A stretch of 64,000 bases of DNA from Lachnospiraceae bacterium. Lineage in GTDB: Bacteria > Bacillota > Clostridia > Lachnospirales > Lachnospiraceae. Below, one piece after another: positions 1 to 8,125 of this stretch. The stretch spans positions 719 to 64,718 of the forward strand of contig JALEPU010000057.1 of assembly GCA_022766905.1 (NCBI GenBank). The letters are read 5' to 3'. A model generated the notes under the pieces. The model saw only the letters and a list, made by a program, of their open reading frames with translations, searched no databases and was not told the origin of the DNA. The position numbers were made by a program, and so were the translations under genes. The stretch's first letter is position 1, and every line of letters begins with the position of its first letter.

Positions 1-180
1 ATGGAAAATTTCTTTGGAGTTTTAAAACAAGAAATGTATTATGGAAATACCTACTATAGTTTTGAAGAATTGAAAGAAACTATTGAAAAATATATTGTAT
101 ATTACAATGAAAAACGAATTAAAGAGAAACTTGGCTGGATGAGTCCTGTCGAATACAGACTATCCGCCATGGCTGCATAA
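1..180 (+). CDS. IS3-family transposase OrfB, C-terminal fragment (5' part lies outside the window)
   Basis: Open frame from nt 1 to the TAA at 178-180. Carries the conserved YYN.KR...L...SP..YR tail of rve-type integrases. Confidence 0.75.
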   Translation: MENFFGVLKQEMYYGNTYYSFEELKETIEKYIVYYNEKRIKEKLGWMSPVEYRLSAMAA

Positions 181-213
181 AAAATAGCGTAGCAGCCATT
201 AAACTGCTACGCT
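177..213 (-). terminator. Rho-independent terminator facing into the IS end, readable on the minus strand
   Basis: Perfect 10-bp stem AGCGTAGCAG (186-195) / CTGCTACGCT (204-213) with an 8-nt loop. On the minus strand it is followed by ATTTTTTAT. It lies about 70 nt downstream of the lysS stop. Confidence 0.55.
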
Positions 214-282
214 TAAAAAGTCTAACTTTTTGGGGTCACCTCACACTCTGAAAAGTGCCAGAAAGCCTATGTTTACTCTATT

Positions 283-1773
283 TTATTTATCCAGACTCTT
301 CATCGTCGGGAAGAGCAATACATCCCTGATGGCTGCACTGTCAGTGAGCAGCATGCACATACGGTCGATACCGAATCCGATACCGCCGGTTGGAGGCATA
401 CCGATCTCCAGTGCATTTAAGAAGTCTTCATCTGTGGTGTTGGCTTCTTCGTTACCCTGAGCAAGCTGTTCTTCCTGGGCTTTGAATCTTTCTCTCTGGT
501 CGATTGGGTCATTTAACTCGGAGTAAGCATTTGCCATCTCCCAGCCGTTCATGAAGAACTCAAAACGCTCTACATAGTCCGGATTCTCCGGTTTCTTCTT
601 GGTTAATGGAGAAATCTCGATTGGGTGATCCATGACAAAAGTAGGCTGAAGTAAATGGTCTTCTACGAACTCTTCGAAGAAAAGGTTCAGGATTTCACCT
701 TTAGAATGTCTTTCCTCGAATTCTACATGGTGTTCTTTTGCCACTGCTCTTGCTTCTTCCAAAGTGTTGATCTCGTTAAAGTCAACTCCCGAATATTTCT
801 TCACTGCGTCTACCATGGTAATTCTTTCAAATGGTTTGCCCAGATCCATCTCGATTCCGTTATATACGATCTTGGTGGTGCCAAGAACTTCCTGAGCTAC
901 ATAACGATATAAATTCTCTGTCAGATCCATCATGCCATGATAATCTGTATAAGCCTGATAAAGCTCCATTAAAGTAAATTCCGGATTGTGTCTGGTATCC
1001 AGGCCTTCGTTACGGAAAACTCTTCCGATTTCGTATACTCTTTCCAGACCTCCTACAATCAGTCTCTTCAGGTATAGCTCCAGGGAAATACGCAGCTTTA
1101 AGTCTTCATCTAACGCATTAAAATGGGTCTCAAACGGTCTTGCTGCTGCTCCGCCTGCATTGGATACAAGCATTGGAGTCTCAACTTCCATAAAGCCCTG
1201 GCCATCCAGATATTTGCGGATCGCACTGATAATCTTAGAACGTTTGATAAAGGTATCCTTTACTTCCTGATTCATGATCAGGTCAACGTAGCGCTGACGG
1301 TAACGCATATCTGTGTTGGTAAGACCATGGAATTTCTCCGGCAGAATCTGAAGACTCTTGGATAAGAGTACGATCTTGGTTGCATGAATGGAGATTTCTC
1401 CTGTCTTTGTTTTGAAGACCCGGCCTTCGATACCGATGATATCGCCGATATCCATCTTTTTAAATGCTTTATATTCTTCTACACCAATCTCATCTCTTGC
1501 TACATAAGACTGAATATTACCTTTTAAGTCCTGGATATTACAAAAGGATGCTTTTCCCATGACACGTTTTTGCATCATACGGCCGGCTACTGTTACATCC
1601 TGGCCTTCCAATGCTTCAAAATTATCTTTAATATCCTGGCTGTGATGGCTAACGTCATATTTGGTAATGACAAATGGATCATTGCCTTCTGCCTGCAGAT
1701 TGGCCAGTTTTTCTCTTCTGACCTTAATCAGCTGGTTTACATCTTGTTCCTGTCTCATCTTTTCTTCTGCCAC
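283..1773 (-). CDS. lysS: Lysine--tRNA ligase (class II)
   Basis: 496-aa ORF with an N-terminal OB anticodon-binding region and class II catalytic core motifs ([14 protein letters not shown]). Sits directly downstream of greA, as in many Firmicutes. Confidence 0.95.
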   Translation of the reverse strand: MAEEKMRQEQDVNQLIKVRREKLANLQAEGNDPFVITKYDVSHHSQDIKDNFEALEGQDVTVAGRMMQKRVMGKASFCNIQDLKGNIQSYVARDEIGVEEYKAFKKMDIGDIIGIEGRVFKTKTGEISIHATKIVLLSKSLQILPEKFHGLTNTDMRYRQRYVDLIMNQEVKDTFIKRSKIISAIRKYLDGQGFMEVETPMLVSNAGGAAARPFETHFNALDEDLKLRISLELYLKRLIVGGLERVYEIGRVFRNEGLDTRHNPEFTLMELYQAYTDYHGMMDLTENLYRYVAQEVLGTTKIVYNGIEMDLGKPFERITMVDAVKKYSGVDFNEINTLEEARAVAKEHHVEFEERHSKGEILNLFFEEFVEDHLLQPTFVMDHPIEISPLTKKKPENPDYVERFEFFMNGWEMANAYSELNDPIDQRERFKAQEEQLAQGNEEANTTDEDFLNALEIGMPPTGGIGFGIDRMCMLLTDSAAIRDVLLFPTMKSLDK

Positions 1774-1824
1774 AACTACACTCTCCTGTTCCTTTACTTT
1801 TCTGTGACCTGATTCCTGCCGCTC

Positions 1825-2307
1825 TTAGTTTCTCTGGATATCCAGAATCTTAAACTGACAAGTGCCTTCGATTCCTTCTACGTCTACAACATCTCCTACT
1901 TTTTTCCCTACAATGGCTTTTCCGATTGGAGATTCATTGGAAATCTTATTCTCTAAAATATTTGCTTCGGTAGAACCTACTAATTTGTATGTCATCTCTT
2001 CTTCATATTCCATGTCATAAAGACGGATATCGCAGCCAATGCTGACTTTATCCAGTTCTACATCACTGTCATCAAATACTTCGGCATTTCTTAAGATCTT
2101 CTCTAACTCTTCGATTCTGTTCTCTATATCTCTCTGCTCATCTTTTGCTGCATCATATTCTGCATTCTCTGATAAGTCGCCCTGTTCTCTGGCTTCTTTG
2201 ATCTTCTGTGCTACTTCTTTTCTTCTGACAACCTTTAATTCCTGCAACTCATCTTCTAATGCTTTTAATCCTGCATAAGTTAAAATATTTTTCTTCACTT
2301 CAGCCAT
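1825..2307 (-). CDS. greA: Transcription elongation factor GreA
   Basis: [25 protein letters not shown]... is a typical GreA coiled-coil plus C-terminal domain. Start moved to the ATG at 2307 (160 aa); the tracked ORF's 31-aa extension has no RBS. Confidence 0.9.
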   Translation of the reverse strand: MAEVKKNILTYAGLKALEDELQELKVVRRKEVAQKIKEAREQGDLSENAEYDAAKDEQRDIENRIEELEKILRNAEVFDDSDVELDKVSIGCDIRLYDMEYEEEMTYKLVGSTEANILENKISNESPIGKAIVGKKVGDVVDVEGIEGTCQFKILDIQRN

Positions 2308-2411
2308 CTTATAACAACTTCCTTCCCAGGGACTATGCCCCAATTTACTGGTATCATGAAAGAGTCGGTTTCCTCCAATTAGGCAGACTCCGACCCTCAT
2401 AGCATTTCATT

Positions 2412-2440
2412 ATTATAACGTAGCACTTTGCCCTTGTCAA
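2412..2440 (-). promoter_or_regulatory. Consensus sigma-A promoter for greA-lysS
   Basis: The minus strand reads TTGACA (2440-2435), a 17-nt spacer, then TATAAT (2417-2412). This lies about 105 nt upstream of the greA ATG. Confidence 0.6.
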
Positions 2441-2495
2441 CACACATCTTCCCTCACTTTTGGCAGTCTTTCAGGCAAAATCCACAATTCCTCTT

Positions 2496-3527
2496 TTATG
2501 GAAGATATTCATCCACATTTTCTATCGTCACTTCAGAATAAGGCAGATATATGCAATTTTCTTTTTCAAAAGTCAGGCCTTCCAGTCTGGTTTTCATCAC
2601 AAGGGCTTTCGCAAGTTTGACCATGGCCAGTGCTTGTCCTTCTTTGTCATTATAGACGGTTCCGGAAAGCGAACCATCTTTTATTGCTTCCAGTCCAACC
2701 GAAGTTCCGTCAATTCCAAAAAAAACCGGATAAGCAGACTCTGTATAATTCAGTTTTTTATAGGCATCGATTGCACCTAACGCCATGTCATCATTATTGG
2801 CAAGCACAAGTTCAATCTGATTCTGATACTGGCCAATCATTTGAATCATCCGGTTCTGACTCTGTGCCCGATTCCAGTTTGCAATGCCTCCTCCTAATTT
2901 TTCCAGTTCTATTCCATTTTTTTGCAATGTATTCACTGCATTTTCGGTACGGATAATGGCATCCTGATGACCCGGTTCTCCTTCCAGAACTACATATTGA
3001 ATCTTCCCATCTTTATTCCGATCGAGGTTTTTGTCTGCTTTTATTGCCTCTGCCGCCACTTCTCCCTGCATGATACCGGACTGTTTTGCATCTGCACCAA
3101 TATAATAAATCTTGTCCCACTGCTTCATGTCCTCTGCCACCGGTTCCCGATTAAAAAAGATTAATGGCACATCATTGTCTCTTGCAAGATCGATAATTTC
3201 TGATGGATCGGTTCGATCTACCAGATTGACACAAAGGACACTGCATCCGGCTGAAATCAGCTCCTTTACCTGATCATTCTGAGTTCTCTGGGAGCCTGCT
3301 GCATCCATACAGGTCACAGTAACTTCTGTTTCGTCCCCGGAACCCGCATATAATTCTTCTTTAAAACATCCAACCATTTCACTAATAAAGGTATCACTTT
3401 GATTGTAGCAAGCTACCCCTATGTGCATTCGGGTTGTTTTTTTATCCTGTCCTGATTGGCAGCCACAAAGATAAGGTAGCACCATACACAGTGATATCGC
3501 CATGATACATATTTTTTTACCCTTCAT
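2496..3527 (-). CDS. Periplasmic sugar-binding lipoprotein (MglB/ChvE-like, Peripla_BP family), last gene of the sensor operon
   Basis: Has a lipobox (LPYLCGC). The sequence resembles galactose/glucose-binding proteins. Only 21 nt separate it from the upstream PBP-like gene. Confidence 0.8.
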   Translation of the reverse strand: MKGKKICIMAISLCMVLPYLCGCQSGQDKKTTRMHIGVACYNQSDTFISEMVGCFKEELYAGSGDETEVTVTCMDAAGSQRTQNDQVKELISAGCSVLCVNLVDRTDPSEIIDLARDNDVPLIFFNREPVAEDMKQWDKIYYIGADAKQSGIMQGEVAAEAIKADKNLDRNKDGKIQYVVLEGEPGHQDAIIRTENAVNTLQKNGIELEKLGGGIANWNRAQSQNRMIQMIGQYQNQIELVLANNDDMALGAIDAYKKLNYTESAYPVFFGIDGTSVGLEAIKDGSLSGTVYNDKEGQALAMVKLAKALVMKTRLEGLTFEKENCIYLPYSEVTIENVDEYLP

Positions 3528-3548
3528 TTTTATCCCTCTGTCTTTTCC

Positions 3549-4523
3549 TTATTGGCTCATTGTAAATAGAATCTTCTGGTTTTCTTCGGAAAACAGATTT
3601 TCCTGCCGTAATACTGTATAGGAAACCGTTTCACTGTTCATCTTGTAAAAATAATGTTTTAGTTTTTTTGCTGTCTCTGTCATACTTTTATATCCCACAT
3701 TAAATTCATTAGGCACAACCAGACACTGAGCACTTCCTGCATCCAAATAATATACTGCTTCTGTGGAAGATGCAATTCCATAAACTAACGCTCCATGAAG
3801 ATTTCCATAATAGGCACTTTCCCCTGCTAATACCAGACTATTGTCATCGAGAGCTGCCACAATATCAACTTTTGACTGATTTTGCAGATTTTTTACAACA
3901 TCTTCCTGCTCATCGTTGGCAATGGACCAGACAATATTGACGCCGGTTCCTTTCAAAGCTTCCCGGAATCCATTTTCCCTGCTGCTCGTTGCTTCTGAAT
4001 TTCTGCTCTCCACCACAATTCCCACTCGTTTTCCTTCCAGTTTTCCATCGTAATCATGAAGCAATTCTTTTGCCAATGCTTTTCCCATTGCCAAATGATC
4101 CGGCTCTATCACCGGAAAAGTATTTTTCCCTTTTTGCACCGCTACTTTTTCTTCTACCAGCATAATCGGACACTTGATTCCGATTCGTTTTAACATTTTT
4201 TCTGTATCATCACCGGAAACAGGCTGTAAAATAATCGCCCTTGCACCATTCTCGATTTCCTGCGAAATGAGATTTTTTTGTTCCTCAGCTGTAAGTCCGG
4301 TTCCCATATTTACCACCGACATTTCCACCTGCTGATCCTGCGCAGCCATTTTCAGGCCGTATTTAAAAGCGGCCCACTGGCTGTCATCTGCATTCTGAAT
4401 AATCACCGAGACTTTTTCCAGATTTTCTTTCTCTTTTTCCCGAAGTATTATTACTGTAAAAATGATTACCAGCAGTGCCAGAATTGCTTCCATTAAAATA
4501 AATTTATTTCTAGCTTTCTTCAT
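3549..4523 (-). CDS. Membrane-anchored periplasmic-binding-protein-like sugar sensor component
   Basis: One N-terminal TM helix (FILMEAILALLVIIFTVIIL) is followed by a Peripla_BP-type domain. The gene overlaps the kinase gene by 14 nt. Confidence 0.7.
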   Translation of the reverse strand: MKKARNKFILMEAILALLVIIFTVIILREKEKENLEKVSVIIQNADDSQWAAFKYGLKMAAQDQQVEMSVVNMGTGLTAEEQKNLISQEIENGARAIILQPVSGDDTEKMLKRIGIKCPIMLVEEKVAVQKGKNTFPVIEPDHLAMGKALAKELLHDYDGKLEGKRVGIVVESRNSEATSSRENGFREALKGTGVNIVWSIANDEQEDVVKNLQNQSKVDIVAALDDNSLVLAGESAYYGNLHGALVYGIASSTEAVYYLDAGSAQCLVVPNEFNVGYKSMTETAKKLKHYFYKMNSETVSYTVLRQENLFSEENQKILFTMSQ

Positions 4524-6378
4524 TGTTCTTATCCTGTATTTTCATATCATTAATTTCTTCTTTTCGAAGCAAATGTCCTTTTTCCAGAATCTTTCGATTC
4601 TCTTCCGTATAAGGAATTGCAGGAATACAGATGGAAACTGTAGTTCCCTCATCCGGCTCACTTTCAATGACCAGACCGTATTCCTCACCAAACAACAAAC
4701 GGATTCGATTATTTACATTGACAAGTCCTACTCCGGATCCATGTTTTGGAGCTCTGTTACTGTCTGTCAGGAGAAGACTGACTTCTTCTTCCGACATTCC
4801 GATTCCATTGTCGCTGACAGAAAGAATCAGATTTCCATCCAGCCGTTTCCCACTTATTGTGATTTTTCCGCTGTCATCCATGTAGCTGACACCATAATTA
4901 ATCGCATTTTCCAGAATAGGCTGTAAAATCAATTTGACGGTACAATAGGAATACAAGGATTCATCTACATCAAAGGTCACCAAAAATGTATCTTTATATC
5001 GAATTTTCTGGATATTCATGTAACTTTGGGCATGCTGAAGTTCATCCTTAATAGAAATGACTGTCCTGCCTTTCGAAAGGCTGATTCGGAACAGTTTTGC
5101 CAGCTGAGAAATCATAAATACTGCTTCATCATTCCGTTTGCCTTCAATCATCCAGGTAATTGATTCCAGCGTATTGTATAAAAAATGAGGATTGATCTGG
5201 CTTTGCAAAGCATCCATCTCACTTTTCCTTCTTTCATTCTGCTCCAGAACAATATTTCTCATCAAAGTATCAATCTGTTCATAGGATTTTTGAATGGAAT
5301 TTCCAAGATGACGAACTTCCTGAGAACCTCCGATATAAATTTCCGGTTTTTCACCGGCCTCATATTTTTTTACCGATTCATTTAACCGAAGAATTGGCTT
5401 GGAAAGTCTTACTGAAACAGTCCGGCTGATCACCCCCAGCATCATGGTCATTAATAACAGGATAATGCAGAAAAAGTATCTTACATTCACCATTCCATGG
5501 TAGAACGTAGAATAGGGAATCACTCCCACTAATTTCCATCCCGTATAACTGATGGTATTTATAATCACTTTTCGACGTTCCCCTTCAAAAGTTTCATCGT
5601 AGACTCCATCTTTGTATGTAGTCGCTGTTTTACTGTTTTCCTTTAAAATACCGTCATTTAACTGAGCCTGACAGGGATGATAAATAATCTCTCCATTTCC
5701 ATCGCACAGATAATAATATTGCCCTCCTCTGGAAACATTGATCTGATTCATCATCCTGGAAATATTGGAAAAATCCATGTCGACCAGCAAAACTCCCATT
5801 TGAGAATTTCCTCCCAGGGTAAGCTCTATTGCCCGACTCAGGGAAATAACCCAGTAATAGCGATGGGTTCCATCATCAAACAGATTCTGAATATGGGGAG
5901 TGGAAAAATGCATGTTTTCCACCTCATCCATGGCTTGTACAAACCATTCCTGTTTGGTCACATCCGGATCTCTTTTTTGGGAGGCAACCGGTTCTGCCGC
6001 CATCAAGCTTCCAGATCCATTATAGATAGCAATACTTTGAAGGTTGCCTTTATCAGATTCATAAACAAGGTTCATCTTATTTTGTACTTCTCTGTTTACG
6101 TTTGACAGATCACTGTCCTTTATCACATTATAATAAATGGTATCCGATACCTGTCTCATACTAATCAGATAATCTTCCAGACTTTCTCCGGTCTGTTCCA
6201 GAAGCGTCTTTGTATTTTGCACAATTTCCTCTTTATAGGAGATGGAAAATCGAAGATACATCAGACTTCCCAAAAGTATCATAATTGATATGGAAATGAC
6301 AGAAAAAGTCACCATGACAATGGATTGCATTCCTTTGGGTTCCGTTTTCTTAAAATAATTTAAAATTTTATTTTTCAC
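4510..6378 (-). CDS. Sensor histidine kinase, YesM/LytS type (2 TM, extracytoplasmic Cache-like domain, HAMP, His_kinase, HATPase_c)
   Basis: H-box QINPHFLYNTLESI, plus N/G boxes (ILENAINYG, DNGIGM, GSGVGLVNV). Two TM segments flank a roughly 260-aa outside domain. Confidence 0.9.
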   Translation of the reverse strand: MKNKILNYFKKTEPKGMQSIVMVTFSVISISIMILLGSLMYLRFSISYKEEIVQNTKTLLEQTGESLEDYLISMRQVSDTIYYNVIKDSDLSNVNREVQNKMNLVYESDKGNLQSIAIYNGSGSLMAAEPVASQKRDPDVTKQEWFVQAMDEVENMHFSTPHIQNLFDDGTHRYYWVISLSRAIELTLGGNSQMGVLLVDMDFSNISRMMNQINVSRGGQYYYLCDGNGEIIYHPCQAQLNDGILKENSKTATTYKDGVYDETFEGERRKVIINTISYTGWKLVGVIPYSTFYHGMVNVRYFFCIILLLMTMMLGVISRTVSVRLSKPILRLNESVKKYEAGEKPEIYIGGSQEVRHLGNSIQKSYEQIDTLMRNIVLEQNERRKSEMDALQSQINPHFLYNTLESITWMIEGKRNDEAVFMISQLAKLFRISLSKGRTVISIKDELQHAQSYMNIQKIRYKDTFLVTFDVDESLYSYCTVKLILQPILENAINYGVSYMDDSGKITISGKRLDGNLILSVSDNGIGMSEEEVSLLLTDSNRAPKHGSGVGLVNVNNRIRLLFGEEYGLVIESEPDEGTTVSICIPAIPYTEENRKILEKGHLLRKEEINDMKIQDKNNEES

Positions 6379-7978
6379 TTTCTACATGCTCCGTTCTGTA
6401 TTTGGAAGGGGACACTCCAAATCTCCTTTTAAATACATAACTAAAATAATTCGGGTCTGAATACCCCACTTTTTTTGCAATTATATAACTCTTTTCATTG
6501 GTTTCCAAAAGAAGACGGGAAGCCTGATCCATTCGATAATCGGTCAGATAGGCGATAAAAGAATTTCCTGTCTCTTTTTTAAATACTGTGGAAAAATAGG
6601 AATTGGACACCCCTAACGCTCCACAGATATCATCCAGGGAAAGATTCTCATCTGCATAATGGTTACTCACATACTCTTTTGCTTTATAGACAAAGGATTT
6701 GGTCGAATTACTTCGTTCATTTAATAGCTTTTCATGGAGGGTCAGACTAATTCTGGTAAACCATGCCCTCAATTCCTCCATCTCCATATCTAAAAGTTCG
6801 CTGTAAAGATTTTTCATATCTTCCTGAAATTCTCGTATTCCAATCTCATGATTCGAGGCGAAGCGGTACATAGAACTTAAAAGTTCCATTACCATGATTC
6901 CGTACTGCTGGATTGATTTCGCCGGTAAAAAGATATGGTCCAGATATTTATTGACAGCTTCTTTAATCGCTTCCTCAGACCCAAGACGAATACTTTTCAA
7001 TAAATTGGCCAGCTCTGTATCGCTTAACCCTTCCACACTTCCCATCTCGGAAGGAGCGATTTCTCTGATATTGATTGCCCGGGATGATCCATAAAGAACC
7101 CGGTAGGAAACCGCTTCTCTTGCATCCGTATAAGACTTCTTCAATTCAATCAGATCACTGCAGACCCGACCGATTCCAACCGTAACCAAAGCTCCAATAA
7201 TTCTCTTTGCATATTTACAAAAATGGTCACAGTCGTCAGTCAGCTCCGATACTTTATTTTCATGATTGAACTGGACAATTAACACCATATTTCCTGAATA
7301 GGAAAAGCTTTTTGCCCTCCATTTTTCACTTAATCGTTCTTCTGCCTGTTTATTGACTGAAGTTGTAAGCAGCATCGGATTCATATTTTCCGACATCTGA
7401 CTGGAAGAAGTATGAATGACCAGACAACAGAAACAGGGACCGGAAAGAGAAATCTGATAGTAGGACAGATATTTTGGGATTTCTTCTTCTTTCACTTTTC
7501 CCTCAATCAATGCAGAATAAAAAGTGGACTGCAAAAACGGAAGAGAGTCCATATAATATTTTTGTAAAATCTGCGTATTCCTTTTTTCACTGATTTCCTG
7601 ATCCAGCTTTTTCTTCATCTGGGTAAATACCTGGGTCAGCTCTATGGAATTGACCGGTTTTAAAATATATTCTTCTACTTCCAGATGGACAGCTTCTTTG
7701 GCATATTCAAATTCATCAAATCCTGTAAAAATCAGAAGTTTCGTTGCCGGATATTCTGCCTTCACCCGGCTTGCAAGCTCCATGCCGTCCATATAAGGCA
7801 TTTTAATATCTGTCATCACCACATCAGGCTGAAATTCTTCTACCATCTCCAGTGCCTTCATGCCATTGTTGGCATAACCGATGACAGAAAATCCAAGGCC
7901 TTCCCAATCAATTTTTTTCATGATCACCTGGATAACTTCTTCCTCATCATCCACCAAAAGTACTGTATACCGATCCAT
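6368..7978 (-). CDS. Response regulator, YesN type (REC + AraC-family HTH)
   Basis: N-terminal REC domain (LLVDDEE...MTDIKMPYMDG) and a C-terminal double AraC HTH (SYFSTVFKKETG...DPNYFSYVFKRRFG). Overlaps the kinase gene by 11 nt. Confidence 0.9.
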   Translation of the reverse strand: MDRYTVLLVDDEEEVIQVIMKKIDWEGLGFSVIGYANNGMKALEMVEEFQPDVVMTDIKMPYMDGMELASRVKAEYPATKLLIFTGFDEFEYAKEAVHLEVEEYILKPVNSIELTQVFTQMKKKLDQEISEKRNTQILQKYYMDSLPFLQSTFYSALIEGKVKEEEIPKYLSYYQISLSGPCFCCLVIHTSSSQMSENMNPMLLTTSVNKQAEERLSEKWRAKSFSYSGNMVLIVQFNHENKVSELTDDCDHFCKYAKRIIGALVTVGIGRVCSDLIELKKSYTDAREAVSYRVLYGSSRAINIREIAPSEMGSVEGLSDTELANLLKSIRLGSEEAIKEAVNKYLDHIFLPAKSIQQYGIMVMELLSSMYRFASNHEIGIREFQEDMKNLYSELLDMEMEELRAWFTRISLTLHEKLLNERSNSTKSFVYKAKEYVSNHYADENLSLDDICGALGVSNSYFSTVFKKETGNSFIAYLTDYRMDQASRLLLETNEKSYIIAKKVGYSDPNYFSYVFKRRFGVSPSKYRTEHVESEK

Positions 7979-8020
7979 ATTTCCTTTCCCCCGCTTCTAA
8001 ATCCATACATCTTTCTTATT

Positions 8021-8029
8021 ATTTTACCA
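8021..8029 (-). promoter_or_regulatory. Possible extended -10 element (TGGTAAAAT) for the regulator/kinase/PBP operon
   Basis: The minus strand reads ATGGTAAAATAATAAG about 45 nt upstream of the regulator ATG. No good -35 was seen. Confidence 0.3.
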
Positions 8030-8035
8030 TAGATA

Positions 8036-8068
8036 CAAAAAAAGAGCCAGACTCTTACGTCTGACTCT
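8036..8068 (-). terminator. Rho-independent terminator of the mgl-like transporter operon
   Basis: On minus-strand RNA there is a 10-bp stem (one G-U pair) between 8043-8052 and 8059-8068, with a 6-nt loop and 7 U after it. It lies 58 nt downstream of the permease stop. Confidence 0.7.
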
Positions 8069-8125
8069 TTTGAACTCTTTCTTATATCAAGGATACAGTA
8101 ATACTCTGACCGGGTATGCCTGTTT

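Larger units (their letters stand above)
1..245 (+). mobile_element. Right end of an IS3-family (IS150-like) insertion sequence, truncated by the window edge
   Basis: Frame 1 from nt 1 reads MENFFGVLKQEMYYG...YYNEKRIKEKLGWMSPVEYR...* (stop at 178-180), which is the typical C-terminus of IS3 OrfB (rve) transposases. On the opposite strand, 220-245 reads TGTGAGGTGACCCCAAAAAGTTAGAC, a TG-initiated terminal inverted repeat of the IS3/IS150 type. Confidence 0.75.

Noticed and set aside
1774-1824. A possible T-box or other riboswitch upstream of lysS.
   Set aside because: Only about 50 nt separate greA and lysS, far too short for a T-box or L-box. lysS appears to be co-transcribed with greA.
2308-2400. 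N-terminal extensions in the ORF track. Examples are greA 2308-2400, the SBP gene 12758-12838, potA 36771-36833, thlA 56264-56347, bcd 53185-53274, etfB 51940-52011, hbd 54134-54178 and asnS 40972-41031.
   Set aside because: In each case an internal ATG with a good Shine-Dalgarno sequence matches the canonical N-terminus of the family. The extension lacks an RBS and often begins at a non-ATG codon.
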